From positions 32,001-96,000 of the forward strand of contig CAVPXI010000013.1 in the NCBI GenBank assembly GCA_963709585.1: a stretch of DNA of 64,000 nucleotides, read 5' to 3'. The stretch is from Candidatus Dormiibacterota bacterium (lineage in GTDB: Bacteria; Chloroflexota; Dormibacteria; Aeolococcales; Aeolococcaceae). Under the pieces are notes generated by a model. That model searched no databases, had not been told where the DNA came from, and was given only the letters and a program-made list of their open reading frames with translations. The position numbers and the translations under genes were made by a program. Of the stretch, positions 21,581 to 31,368 are shown one piece after another (within the stretch, counting starts at the first letter, position 1; each line of letters starts with the position of its first letter).

Positions 21581-21995
21581 CTAATCGCCAGGTCGGAGGC
21601 CTGTCAAGAGGCGTTGGTCCCGACTTATCATCACGCCTGCCGTGTCGCGCCGCGATGGCTGGCCCGCTCCGCACGCCCTCGACCGGCTGCGCCAGCTGCG
21701 GCAATGCAGCGGCATCCTCACCGAGACACCGATTGGGCTCCGCAAACGAGGGCCTTCGTACTCATCCAAGCCTCCGGCGGCCACGCCGTCGCGCGTGCCT
21801 GACCTGCCGCTGTCCCGCACATTACGAGCCAGTAATGTCCGAGCGGCAGCGGGGACGATGTCGGCCGGATCCGCCGTCGCAACCGGGGATGACTTCAGCT
21901 CTCCAACGACCTCGGCATCCACGCGCTTGCCGATGAAGTCCGTGGCCGAAATGATGCCGACGAGGGCTCCGTCGATCCCGATCACCGGCATGGCG
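21581..21995 (-). pseudogene. 3' half of an interrupted CBS-domain gene
   Basis: AMPVIGIDGALVGIISATDF...ELKSSPVATADP..AARTLLARNVR; joins in frame with 38695-38537. Confidence 0.75.
21977..21995 (+). repeat. 19-bp direct repeat, left copy (CCCGATCACCGGCATGGCG)
   Basis: Identical to 38537-38555. Confidence 0.9.
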
Positions 21996-21998
21996 ACC

Positions 21999-23282
21999 TC
22001 ACACGCCCTTTGGCGCCGACGCAAAACGTGACTGTGCTTCGCGGAGCGGGTCGGGGATGCGGCCGCCGAGTCGAAGCAGGACGGCTCCGGCCACCACCGC
22101 GGCAAGCGCGCCACCCCACCAGACGGCGTCTGGCGAGGTCTGCAGGAGCAGGCCACCAATCGCCGGGCCGAGGGCCAGGGAGATGCTGAAGGTCAGGCTG
22201 TAGACAGACAGGTAGCGGCCGAGCAGATGGGCTGGGGCCATGTCCGCGACCAGTGGCCCGAGAACGACAATGTGTACGCATTCACCGATTGCGAAGACGA
22301 TCGCAACGCCGGCGAGGAGACTGGTCGCAGCGAGCTCCGAGTGGATGAGCGTCGCTGGCAGCACCGCGAGCAGGCTGACCGCAAAAAGCGCGCTGGCCGC
22401 CGCGAAGGCGTGTGTGCGTTCCATCCGTGCCACGACGCGCACTGCCGGGATCTGCGCGATGACGACGAAGCACGTGTTGACGAGGACGAGGATCCCGATC
22501 GCGGCGGGGCCGAGCGATGTGTGGGTCTTTGCAAATGGCGGCAGGATGTTGGAGAAGAACGTGTGGCCGACGACGACGAGCACGATATTGGCTGCGATCA
22601 CAGTGAGGAACAGCCGATCTCGAGCGACGGCGCGAAAGCCGGTTCCGTTGGCGTCTGTCACTGTGACGGTCTCGGCTCGCGGGTTCGGTACGGCAGCGAG
22701 CACGATCAGCGCGAATCCGGCGTAGGTGACGGCGTCGAAGAAATAGAGCGTTTGGAACGAGCTGAGCTGCTGTGCGGATGCGATGACGAAGCCGGCTGCG
22801 GTCGCGCCGGCGCCGAGACCGAAGTTGCCCGCGACGCGATTGAGCGCGAAGGCTGCCGCTCGCTGATCGCGCTTGACCAACCTGATGGTCAATTGCCGGT
22901 TGGCCGTCCCTGCCGCGCCGATTCCGGCTCCGCTGACAATCGAGCAGGCAAAGGCCTGCCAGGGACGGTCTACGTAGGCGAAGCCGGCGTAGCCTAGGGC
23001 GCTCGCCAGGCTTCCTGCGACCACGATCGCTTTAGCGGAGTGCCGGTCGAGCAGCGCTCCCGTCGGCAGGGTGGCGATTGCGGCTGTCCCCATGGTCGCC
23101 GCGAGAACCAGTCCGGCTATTGACGTCGAAAAGCCACGTATCTGGTGCAGATAGATGATCTCAAAGGGAAGAATGAGCCCGTAACCGAAGTAGTTGAGGG
23201 CGTTTCCCGCTTGAAGAATGAGCACGGGGCGAGAGAGCCCGGTGCGCCAACCCGCGATGAAGTGTGAGACGCCGCGGTTCAT
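21999..23282 (-). CDS. MFS transporter
   Basis: About 12 TMs; GALLDRHSAK motif A; APAHLLGRY. Confidence 0.9.
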   Translation of the reverse strand: MNRGVSHFIAGWRTGLSRPVLILQAGNALNYFGYGLILPFEIIYLHQIRGFSTSIAGLVLAATMGTAAIATLPTGALLDRHSAKAIVVAGSLASALGYAGFAYVDRPWQAFACSIVSGAGIGAAGTANRQLTIRLVKRDQRAAAFALNRVAGNFGLGAGATAAGFVIASAQQLSSFQTLYFFDAVTYAGFALIVLAAVPNPRAETVTVTDANGTGFRAVARDRLFLTVIAANIVLVVVGHTFFSNILPPFAKTHTSLGPAAIGILVLVNTCFVVIAQIPAVRVVARMERTHAFAAASALFAVSLLAVLPATLIHSELAATSLLAGVAIVFAIGECVHIVVLGPLVADMAPAHLLGRYLSVYSLTFSISLALGPAIGGLLLQTSPDAVWWGGALAAVVAGAVLLRLGGRIPDPLREAQSRFASAPKGV

Positions 23283-23361
23283 CCGCCTATAGGCCTCGCC
23301 GCGGGCCGAATCGCCGCGACGGGAAGCGCCTCAGGCACTGCCGCCGCGATACCGTTAACTC

Positions 23362-24297
23362 ATGCGGCCGACGGTACGAGGCGCCGATGCTGACCGTCTT
23401 GAACGATCCTGCGGCCGACGCTCGGACTCGATCAGGTTCGGACCTGGCGCTTACGGCGTCGAGCGCGCAGAGGTCTACATCTCGACGCGCGGCTTCGATC
23501 CGCACCGGCACGGCACTTACGGGATCGGCGTCACGACGGCCGGCGTGCAGGTATTTCGTTACCGCGGCTCGCAACGTGTCTGCCTGCCCGGTCAGCTGCA
23601 CGTCCTGCATCCCGACGAGACGCACGACGGCGGCCCGGGAACCGAGGACGGCTTCGGTTACCGGATCCTCTACATCGCGCCCGAGCTCGTCCGGGGCGCC
23701 CTAGGTGGTCGCGCGCTACCGTTCGTCGCCGATCCCGTCCAGGAGCCGAAGCCGACGGCTCGACCCATCGTTGCCCTGCTCGCCGACATCGACGACCCGA
23801 TCAGCGAGCTGAGCTGCGCCGAGATCGCGGTGGCGGTCGCCGACTGCCTCCTGTCGCTCGGTGACTGCCCCGACCGCCACCGAGCCACGGTCGACATCAG
23901 GGCAGTCGAGCTCGTACGCGAGTATCTCGCGGCCCATGCACGGGAGCAGACGCCGGCGTCGACTCTCGAAAAGATCGCGGGCACCGACCGCTTCACGATC
24001 ACCCGCCACTTCCGATGGGCGTTCGGGACAAGCCCCGACCGCTACCGGACGCTGCGCCGCCTGGCGCTCGCGCAAGCCGCGATCGAGAGCGGGCAGTCAC
24101 TCGCGCAAGTCGCTGCCGAGGCGGGTTTCGCCGACCAGAGCCACATGACGCGACACTTCAAGCGGACCTACGGATTGACGCCGACCCGGTGGAGGGCCCT
24201 CACAGCCGCCTCGTCGACTGAACGTCTCGAGACCAATGGCCACCTGCCACAGTCGCGGTCTTTGCGGCTAACGTCCGCCGAGAGTCGCGCGATTTAG
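23362..24297 (+). CDS. AraC-family transcriptional regulator
   Basis: Cupin FDPHRHGTY..LHPDETHDG; C-terminal HTH AAEAGFADQSHMTRHFKRTYGLTP. Confidence 0.92.
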   Translation: MRPTVRGADADRLERSCGRRSDSIRFGPGAYGVERAEVYISTRGFDPHRHGTYGIGVTTAGVQVFRYRGSQRVCLPGQLHVLHPDETHDGGPGTEDGFGYRILYIAPELVRGALGGRALPFVADPVQEPKPTARPIVALLADIDDPISELSCAEIAVAVADCLLSLGDCPDRHRATVDIRAVELVREYLAAHAREQTPASTLEKIAGTDRFTITRHFRWAFGTSPDRYRTLRRLALAQAAIESGQSLAQVAAEAGFADQSHMTRHFKRTYGLTPTRWRALTAASSTERLETNGHLPQSRSLRLTSAESRAI

Positions 24298-24401
24298 AGT
24301 GGTTTTGCAGGAAAGAACATCAATCAGGGAATGAGTACTAGTCCCTGCAAAGTGACCGATCCCCGCAAGTTGGAATCCACTACAGCGCAATGGTCTGCGA
24401 A

Positions 24402-24520
24402 TCGGGGAGACAGGACTCGAACCTGCGACCCCTGGTCCCCCAGACTAGTACTCATTTCCCGATGAGTGCTGAGTTCGATTTAGAGTGGTTTTGTGGGGAA
24501 TTGGTTGGAATGACGACTAG
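24402..24520 (-). repeat. att-like repeat copy 1: tRNA-Pro(GGG) 3' half plus conserved 72-bp segment
   Basis: Minus strand CTAGT-CTGGGGG-ACCAG-GGGTC-GCAGG-TTCGAGT-CCTGT-CTCCCCGA (anticodon arm, T-arm, acceptor 3' strand); no D-arm or 5' acceptor strand. Confidence 0.88.
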
Positions 24521-24668
24521 AGCGCGTGTGATGGAATCCGCTGGAATCGCCGAGAATCCCTCAGCGCTCTTCGACAGAGACCATCGCCTATCCCCTTGAG
24601 CCTCCAGCCTTTCCCAGGACGGATCACCGCTTAGCAAACGTGTCAGTCAAACCGGGGCACGCCCCCTG

Positions 24669-24739
24669 GCCCTGACCACCTTCCACCCGCCCTCATGCAA
24701 CCAGTGATGACGGTGGCAGAGGAGTACCAGGTTAGCCAG
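24669..24739 (-). pseudogene. C-terminal remnant of an HNH endonuclease (DUF222/13E12-like)
   Basis: Translates LANLVLLCHRHHWLHEGGWKVVR; similar DNA at 34751-34825. Confidence 0.7.
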
Positions 24740-24960
24740 CATCGCCCTCATACGCCGTAGATGGCGATGTGCTTCGCCTGCATAACACCAACCAACAACT
24801 CTCCCGCTCTCAGGTCGAGGATGCGGCGAGAAGGAAGGGCATCGCCAGCCCGTTCGATCTCCGCAACCTCAGGGGAAGCTCATAGTTGTCGCTTGCACTC
24901 TGCCAGCTGCTCGAAGCTGGGTTCGCGTTTGCACTGTCCCGAATGCTCTGAGCGGGGGGG

Positions 24961-25629
24961 TCACGACAGACGGCGTTCCGTGGCCCAGCGCGTGAGCTGA
25001 TGCCGCGTCGAGAGCTGGAGCTTGCGCAGCACCGACGAGACGTGGCTCTCCACCGTCTTCGCGGAGATGAACAGCTCCCGGGCGATTTCCTTGTACGTGA
25101 AACCGCGCGCGATGAGACGGAGAACCTCGCGTTCGCGGGGTGTCAGCTGGTCGAGCTCGGAGTCGAACGACGGTCGCTCCTGATCGGCGGCGGGCAATGC
25201 CGCGAAGGCGTCGAGCACGAAACCGGCGAGCCGCGGCGAGAAGACCGCCTCACCATCGGCCACCCGGTACACCGCATCGACGAGGTCGGCGCCGGAAATC
25301 GTCTTGGTCACGTAGCCGCGCGCGCCGGCGCGGATGATGGCGATCACATCCTCAGGCGCGTCCGACGCGGAGAGCGCGAGGAAACGGACCTGCGGGTTGG
25401 AGGCCTTCAGTGCGGTCACCACGGCGTGCCCGCCGCCCCCTGGGAGATGCACGTCGAGCACGACCACGTCAGGTTCGCTCTGCGCGATCGCTGTGATAGC
25501 CGGTTCAACGTCGTCCGCCTCGCCGATCACCTCCACCTGGTCGCCGAGCTCGGCGCGTACGCCCGATCGGAACAGGCCGTGGTCGTCGACGATGAAGACA
25601 CGGGGCCGGCGGCCACGCGAGACGCTCAC
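24961..25629 (-). CDS. LuxR-family response regulator (PspC-associated)
   Basis: VDDHGLFRSGVRAEL, DVHLP, HTH GFTYKEIARELFISAKTVESHVS. Confidence 0.93.
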   Translation of the reverse strand: MSVSRGRRPRVFIVDDHGLFRSGVRAELGDQVEVIGEADDVEPAITAIAQSEPDVVVLDVHLPGGGGHAVVTALKASNPQVRFLALSASDAPEDVIAIIRAGARGYVTKTISGADLVDAVYRVADGEAVFSPRLAGFVLDAFAALPAADQERPSFDSELDQLTPREREVLRLIARGFTYKEIARELFISAKTVESHVSSVLRKLQLSTRHQLTRWATERRLS

Positions 25630-26885
25630 GCAGGCGCCGGCTGGCTCACCGCGGCTGAGCGGGGCATCGATAAGCGGACCTCGGTGCCCTCGCCGGGAGC
25701 GCTCCGAACCTCAGCGCTGCCGCCACGGCGGAGCATCCTGGCGTGGACAGACTCGGACAAGCCCTTGCGGTCCGCGGAGACTGCGGCTGGATCGAACCCT
25801 CGGCCGCGGTCGCGGATGAACACAGACACCTGGCCCGCCTCCACCTCGGCGTAGAGCGAGATGGCCCGCGCCTCGGACCACTTCGCCGCGTTGACCGTCG
25901 CCTCGCGAGCGGCGGCGAGCAGCGCCTTGAGGTCGTCATCGAGCGGGCAGTCCCCGACGCTCACCACTTCGACGGCGACCCCGTGTTGAGCCTCGACGTC
26001 GCTCTGGATCAGGCGCACACCGGCAGCGAACGTGGTGTCAGAGGCGATCGATCCGGGCGCGCGCCCGTCGAAGAGCCAGGAGCGCAATTCGCGCTCCTGG
26101 GCACGCGCAAGCTGGATCACCTGTTGGGGTTCGGTGGCCCGGCGCTGGATCAGCGCGAGTGTCTGGAGCACCGAGTCGTGGGCGCGCGACGCCATGTCAG
26201 CGCGTTCCTCGGCGCGGATACGGGCCTGACGCTCGGCGACGAGCTCACGCCCGACGCGCAACCACCATGGTCCCAGGACGACCACGATCGCGGCGATGAC
26301 CAATGCCACGCCGGCGAGCGGACGGAGCAGTGCCGTCGTCGTGTGCCCGATCAGCAACGTGGTCACGCCGGCAATCAGCAGGACAGCCGCAATCAGCGCG
26401 CGGAGCGCGATTCGCGAGCGGCGCGTGTCACCGGTAAAGCCGATCAAGGGATCGGCAAGACGCCGCAAGGTCATCTGCTCGTAGGCGGGAGCGTTTCTCG
26501 AGATCAGGACAATCGCGATGACGCTGATCACGAATGACCAGGCGAGCGAGCCGATCCACCCGGCGCCGACCAGCGACAACAGCACGAAGAGCGCCGTGAC
26601 CAGCGATGCGAGCCCCGCGGCGAGGGTGATCCCGGTGCGGTCGGCCAGCGCCGCGCTGCCGATGCTAGTCCGCTCCCCTATCGCCGGAATGAGCAGCCAG
26701 GCCGCCAGATAGCAGGCGATCCCGAAGCCTCCGGCCAACGCGAGGACCACGAAGACCGTCCGCACGATCGTGACATCGACTCCGATCCTCGCCGAGACGC
26801 CGGCAGCGACGCCACCGAGACGGCGCTGTTCGGGGAGGCGACGCCAGGAGCCTTTCCGTCGCTTGGCCTGGGTCTGCTCCGCCAT
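25626..26885 (-). CDS. PspC-domain sensor histidine kinase
   Basis: N-terminal PspC (RRLGGVAAG), TMs, H-box AHDSVLQTL, RDRGRGF. Confidence 0.9.
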   Translation of the reverse strand: MAEQTQAKRRKGSWRRLPEQRRLGGVAAGVSARIGVDVTIVRTVFVVLALAGGFGIACYLAAWLLIPAIGERTSIGSAALADRTGITLAAGLASLVTALFVLLSLVGAGWIGSLAWSFVISVIAIVLISRNAPAYEQMTLRRLADPLIGFTGDTRRSRIALRALIAAVLLIAGVTTLLIGHTTTALLRPLAGVALVIAAIVVVLGPWWLRVGRELVAERQARIRAEERADMASRAHDSVLQTLALIQRRATEPQQVIQLARAQERELRSWLFDGRAPGSIASDTTFAAGVRLIQSDVEAQHGVAVEVVSVGDCPLDDDLKALLAAAREATVNAAKWSEARAISLYAEVEAGQVSVFIRDRGRGFDPAAVSADRKGLSESVHARMLRRGGSAEVRSAPGEGTEVRLSMPRSAAVSQPAPA

Positions 26886-26920
26886 GTCCCCATCATGGGC
26901 CTCGCCAGCCTACGGGACCA

Positions 26921-26970
26921 TCGGGGAAGACCCTGAAGCGCTGACGGGCGTCTCAGGGTTGAATCCGGGA
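26921..26970. promoter_or_regulatory. putative response-regulator binding sites between kinase and pspC
   Basis: Imperfect palindrome TCGGGGAAGACCCTGA and TCAGGG..TCCGGGA in the divergent intergenic region. Confidence 0.4.
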
Positions 26971-27014
26971 TCCCACGGATTGTTCTGTAGCACCGGCGGC
27001 TCTACGGTGGGGTC

Positions 27015-27275
27015 ATGAACACACCCACCTCGACCCAGCGCCACCTCCACCGCCCCACCGACGATCGGATGATCGCGGGCGTCGCCGCCGGCATTGCCGA
27101 GTACTTCGATGTTGATGTCACGATCGTCCGGATCGCGATCGCGGTCTTCTCGGTGTTCGGCGGCGCGGGCATCGCTCTGTACATCGCCGGCTGGCTGCTG
27201 ATGCCGACTGAGGGCTCGGATCGGTCCATCGCGAACAAGCTCACCCGGACAGCCCGGCACTGCACGCAGTCATGA
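27015..27275 (+). CDS. PspC domain-containing protein
   Basis: LHRPTDDRMIAGVAAGIAEYFDVDVTIVR...LYIAGWLLMP. Confidence 0.9.
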   Translation: MNTPTSTQRHLHRPTDDRMIAGVAAGIAEYFDVDVTIVRIAIAVFSVFGGAGIALYIAGWLLMPTEGSDRSIANKLTRTARHCTQS

Positions 27276-27402
27276 GCGCGTGATCCCACCACCGGTGACC
27301 CTATCCCCACTGCGGCTCCTACCCTGACTTGTGGAACTGCTGGACCCCGCTCAGCGCTGCCCGACGATGGTGATCCTCGCGAGAACGCAAATTGCACGTC
27401 CG

Positions 27403-27521
27403 TCGGGGAGACAGGACTCGAACCTGCGACCCCTGGTCCCCCAGACTAGTACTCATTTCCCGATGAGTGCTGAGTTCGATTTAGATTGCTTTTGTCGGGA
27501 ATTGGTTGGAATGACGACTAG
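27403..27521 (-). repeat. att-like repeat copy 2: tRNA-Pro(GGG) 3' half plus conserved segment
   Basis: Near-identical to 24402-24520, offset 3001 bp. Confidence 0.88.
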
Positions 27522-27849
27522 CGCGCATATTGGAATCAAGTGGAATCGCATCGACATCCGGAGGGGCTGGCCGCCGTAGCCCGTGGCTCCACTTCCCGGC
27601 CACCTCGCGACTTTGGGCATTCTGGTCGCCGTGGTAACGATCCGAGCCCTGAGCAACTGTTCCCCACATCATGGTGGTCCGTCTCATCGGGTCAAGCCCG
27701 GCGGATAGGCGCCCGACACTATCCGTCACGCTGGCTTAGCGCGCCAGCCTCGACCCGCAGCTCGCATCGCTACGGGGCGATTGCGCTCCCAATGGTCGAC
27801 TGACCCGGCCTATGTGGACGGTGTGGGCAGTCGCCCCAGCGGTGACCTC

Positions 27850-28742
27850 CTAATGTCCGCTGGCCGGGCTGTTCTTCCGCGCGACCTCTGTTCTGGCGGA
27901 GTGCCAGAGCGTGCGGCCGTTGGCCCAAGCGGGATACAGCTCGACCATGCGAGCGACGATGCTGGCCACGGTGGTCTCGTCTGCCGCGATTCGGGAGAAG
28001 TCCCGCAGATATTGCTGGGATTCCCCGATGATCTTCGGGTCGTTGGTGTTCTCGACTTTCTTGTGGCCGGCGACGACGATGTGCGGTTCGAGCGCGGCGA
28101 CCCTGTCTAGGTTGGAGATCCACTCAGCACGCTCGGGTTCACCGGCCTCGGCGGTCATCATGTGGACCTCGTTGTAGGCCAGATCCCCGGTGACGACAGC
28201 GGCGACCGACGGAACATGGAGCACGGTGGAGTCGGCGGTATCGGCTCGACCGATCCGGATGACCCGCAGCTCGTTGCCCTCCAGGTCGATCGTGTCCGTG
28301 GTCAACGGTTGGGGCAACACCTTCTTCGTTCCGATCGGCACCTCGCCGGGGAAGATGGCCTCCCAGTACCCGGCGATGCCAGGGTTTGCCGACTGAGCGA
28401 CAACTTCAGCCGTCGCAAGGCCTACTGCTCCCGGAAAGCGCTGGGTCGGTCGCGCCAGACCGAGCCAGTGGTCGCCATGGCCGCGGGCAATGTAGATGCG
28501 CGACAGCTTCCGCCCCTTCGTGTCGATCCAGTCCGCCAGAGCGTCGACCTGCCCATAGGTGGCCAGCGCGTCGACGAGGATCGCGTCGCGGTCGCCGTAG
28601 TCAGCGTCGCTGAAGACGGGGACCAAGTCGGCTCATCACCCGGCCCTTGGGGCGCGATTGCGCTCACAAACGTTCGGCCCGGGGCCGTGTACACCTCAAT
28701 CCTGAGTTGCGTTGGGACGTGCTCAGCAGCCACAGATGCCAT
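27850..28742 (-). CDS. MBL-fold metallo-hydrolase (frameshift near 28601; first metal motif degenerate)
   Basis: WSPSSATL/YGDRDAILVD, IYIARGHGDHWLG, VTGDLAYN, VVAGH. Confidence 0.82.
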
Positions 28743-28874
28743 GGTTTCCGCCTCTCAAAACGGGCTCGAAACGGGCTCGATTGAAGAGGACGGTCGTCAT
28801 CCTCACGTCGAAGGAGGATGACGGATACAATCTTCTTTTGTCAAGCAACGACGGGAGCGGTTGGAGGATTCAGC

Positions 28875-29453
28875 GTGGGGACGTCTCAAGCAGCGAAGGC
28901 TGCGAGCCATGACCGCATCCTCGACATCGCCGCGGCGCGGATCCGCCGCGATGGCGTGGACAACCTGTCGGTCGACGAGCTCATGAAGGAAGCGGGGCTC
29001 ACCCACGGGGGCTTCTACCGTCACTTTGAGTCACGCGACCAACTCGTCGCCGAGGCAGCGCAGCGAGCTCTCACGCAGGGGAGCGCCTGGACCATCGCTG
29101 CCGCTCGACGCGGCGGACGGCGTGCATACGTCTCGCTCGTCGACGGTTATCTGAGCGTGCAGCATCGAGATCATCCTGAGGACGGCTGCGGCCTGGCCGG
29201 CGTCGCCGCAGACGTGGCGCGTGCGGGAGGCCCGGCGCGCGCGAGCTACACCCGCCAAGTCGAGATCTGCCTCGACGCCCTCGCTAACCTCCTCGATACC
29301 CCCGACCGCCAGGTCGATGAACGCGAAGCCGTCCTCACCCTCAGTGTCCTGGTCGGCGCCATCTCCATGGCTCGGGCCGTCGACGACCCCGACCTGTCCC
29401 AACAGATACTGACCCACGCCGCAGCCGCGTTGAAAGAACGAACCCCAAACTAG
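28875..29453 (+). CDS. TetR-family transcriptional regulator
   Basis: SVDELMKEAGLTHGGFYRHFESRD; GGAGG RBS; divergent from the MBL gene. Confidence 0.92.
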   Translation: MGTSQAAKAASHDRILDIAAARIRRDGVDNLSVDELMKEAGLTHGGFYRHFESRDQLVAEAAQRALTQGSAWTIAAARRGGRRAYVSLVDGYLSVQHRDHPEDGCGLAGVAADVARAGGPARASYTRQVEICLDALANLLDTPDRQVDEREAVLTLSVLVGAISMARAVDDPDLSQQILTHAAAALKERTPN

Positions 29454-29471
29454 GGGACTTGGTGCTCGATT

Positions 29472-29875
29472 GATGCTTCTCTTGTTTGTCAAGCCGCTGC
29501 GGCGAGTGCGGCTCGAGGTATGAGCTCGCGATACATCTCGCGAGCGACGTAGCGCTTGAGGCACCGGATGATCTCCGGTTTGGACATGCCCACCTGGGTG
29601 CGCCGAGCCGTGTAGTTCCTCGTCGGCGCATCGGCGGCGAAGCGCACGATGACGACACGCCAGAGTGCGCAGTTGGCGTACCGATCGCCGCCACGGTTGA
29701 GCCGATGGCGACCGGTGGACTTGCCGGACGACGCCAGCAGCGGGGCCCCGCCACAAAGATTCGCAAACGCACCCTCTGGTCGAAGTCGCTCCGGGTTGTC
29801 GCCCTGCGGCTACGAGTACGGCACCAGCGACGTCGGTGCCGACACCCTTGAGCGCGCAGAGTGTCGGTGCAGCCT
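29472..29875 (-). mobile_element. IS110-family transposase C-terminal remnant with right end
   Basis: GVGTDVAG..GDNPERLR.EGAFANLCG.APLLASSGKS.GRHRLNRGGDRYAN.AL...CLKRYVARE*, followed by TTGACAAACAAGAGAAGCATC; N-terminal DEDD domain absent. Confidence 0.85.
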
Positions 29876-29901
29876 CCCAATCGAGCGCAGAACCCTACGC
29901 G

Positions 29902-30225
29902 TCAGGTCAGTGGCCACACCTCGATAACACCGTGTGCGACCGCACAAGGGCTATTGGCGGCAAGGCTGATCGCCTCCTCGACCGTGGCGGCCTCGATAAC
30001 CCCGAACCCGGCGATCGGTAAGTCCGACCGCATAAACGGTCCCTCGCTTGTCTCTACGCCCGCCCCGTCGTGGTTGCGCACCTGCACCGGCTGCCCCGCG
30101 ATACCCATCAACGCTCCTGCCGCGACTAGGCGCATGTCGTGTTGATGGGCCGCATCGCGGATTGCGGGGTCAGTCTGGTCGTAGCCTGCCCGACCTCCAT
30201 ATCCGATAGTCACGAATCTCGGCAC
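29902..30225 (-). CDS. YciI-family protein
   Basis: EGPFMRSDLPIAGFGVIEAATVEEAI..PCAVAHGVIEVWP; GAGGAGG RBS. Confidence 0.85.
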   Translation of the reverse strand: MPRFVTIGYGGRAGYDQTDPAIRDAAHQHDMRLVAAGALMGIAGQPVQVRNHDGAGVETSEGPFMRSDLPIAGFGVIEAATVEEAISLAANSPCAVAHGVIEVWPLT

Positions 30226-30510
30226 GTACCGTACCTCCTCACTTCATTTGGCGCAGTATGCGCCGGATCACTGGGTCGGTCAGTTTGAGCAAAGTGGTGA
30301 ACCGGACTCGAACCGCTTTCCGTAAAGCGCTTCGCCTTCGCTCCCTTTGTTCGTCACAGCCGTTTTCCCGAACTCTTCTCCTTCATGTTGGGGTAACTGC
30401 TGTGTGCTCGACCGACTTAACGTGTGCGTCAACGCAGGCGAGGTCCACAATCCCGCAGAGGAGAATCAGATGCTCCACCTAGCCCCACATCATCATGGTG
30501 CTGAGGAAGA

Positions 30511-30924
30511 GTGAAGACCCTGCACACGGCGCTCCGCGTCACCAACCTGCCTGCCTCGGTCCGGTTCTATACAACGCTCGGGTACAGCGAAGTTGGCCGC
30601 GTCGACAGCGGTGACGGTGAAACGCTAACCCTCCTTAGGTTTCCGGCGGAGGAGGTCGCGACACTCGAGCTTGTCCACCGGGCTGCCGAGAACCCGGTAG
30701 AGATCGGTACCGGGTTCCACCACCTCGTCGTGCAGGTAGACGACCTCGGCGCCACCGTCGACGTGCTTTCGCGCGCGGGCATGGAAACCGGGCCGATGGA
30801 GCGTCCCGGGGGCCCGGACGGCCCACGGACGTCATGGCTGACGGACCCCGACGGGTATCGGATCGAACTTGTGCAATGGCCGCCTGGACATCCCAGCGGG
30901 ATTACCGTTGCCGACTTCCCTTAA
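30511..30924 (+). CDS. VOC/glyoxalase family protein
   Basis: LHTALRV..SVRFY, GFHHLVVQVDD, TDPDGYRIELV. Confidence 0.92.
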   Translation: MKTLHTALRVTNLPASVRFYTTLGYSEVGRVDSGDGETLTLLRFPAEEVATLELVHRAAENPVEIGTGFHHLVVQVDDLGATVDVLSRAGMETGPMERPGGPDGPRTSWLTDPDGYRIELVQWPPGHPSGITVADFP

Positions 30925-31368
30925 GGGGCCTGGCCGGCGGCAAAAGGCGCGTGAGAGCTGGCGGAGTCCCTGTCTTAATTCCGTTCCAGTTGGGCGGATG
31001 CGCCTTTCTGGGTGCTGCGCACCGCGGAGCCGACGCGTTGCGGCTTGGTTGAGGGCAAGCCAATGATCGCTGTCGCCGAATCCCTTCCGTGACGGTCACG
31101 GTTGGTATCCGGCCTCCTCCGTCGTCAACTCCAGCTTGCTGGGCGAGATCGGAGGCCGATCGCTCAACAGGTGTCGGATTCGGGTCGAACGAGGCGCCCG
31201 ATCGATCCGGTTCGCTGTCGAAGGACCCGAAGCGAACGGCGTCGGCCACGCTCGAACCGGCAACAATCGGGATGAGCCCTGAGCGCAGCGCTGCGCTCGA
31301 TCGTCACGTCAACGAACTCATCACCAACACGGTCCTGAGCGTCGCGGGCCGCGACACTCGGGCTACCC

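Noticed and set aside
24402-24450. Intact tRNA-Pro genes at the four repeats
   Set aside because: No 5' acceptor strand or D-arm, a mismatch in the anticodon stem and no encoded CCA; they are 3' halves only
24390-24599. Short ORFs containing SGRQDSNLRPLVPQ (also at 27331, 33956, 58424)
   Set aside because: Typical translation of the tRNA antisense strand, not proteins
30292-30315. GGTGAACCGGACTCGAACCG as another tRNA fragment
   Set aside because: Only a T-loop-like word; no recognisable anticodon arm or acceptor strand
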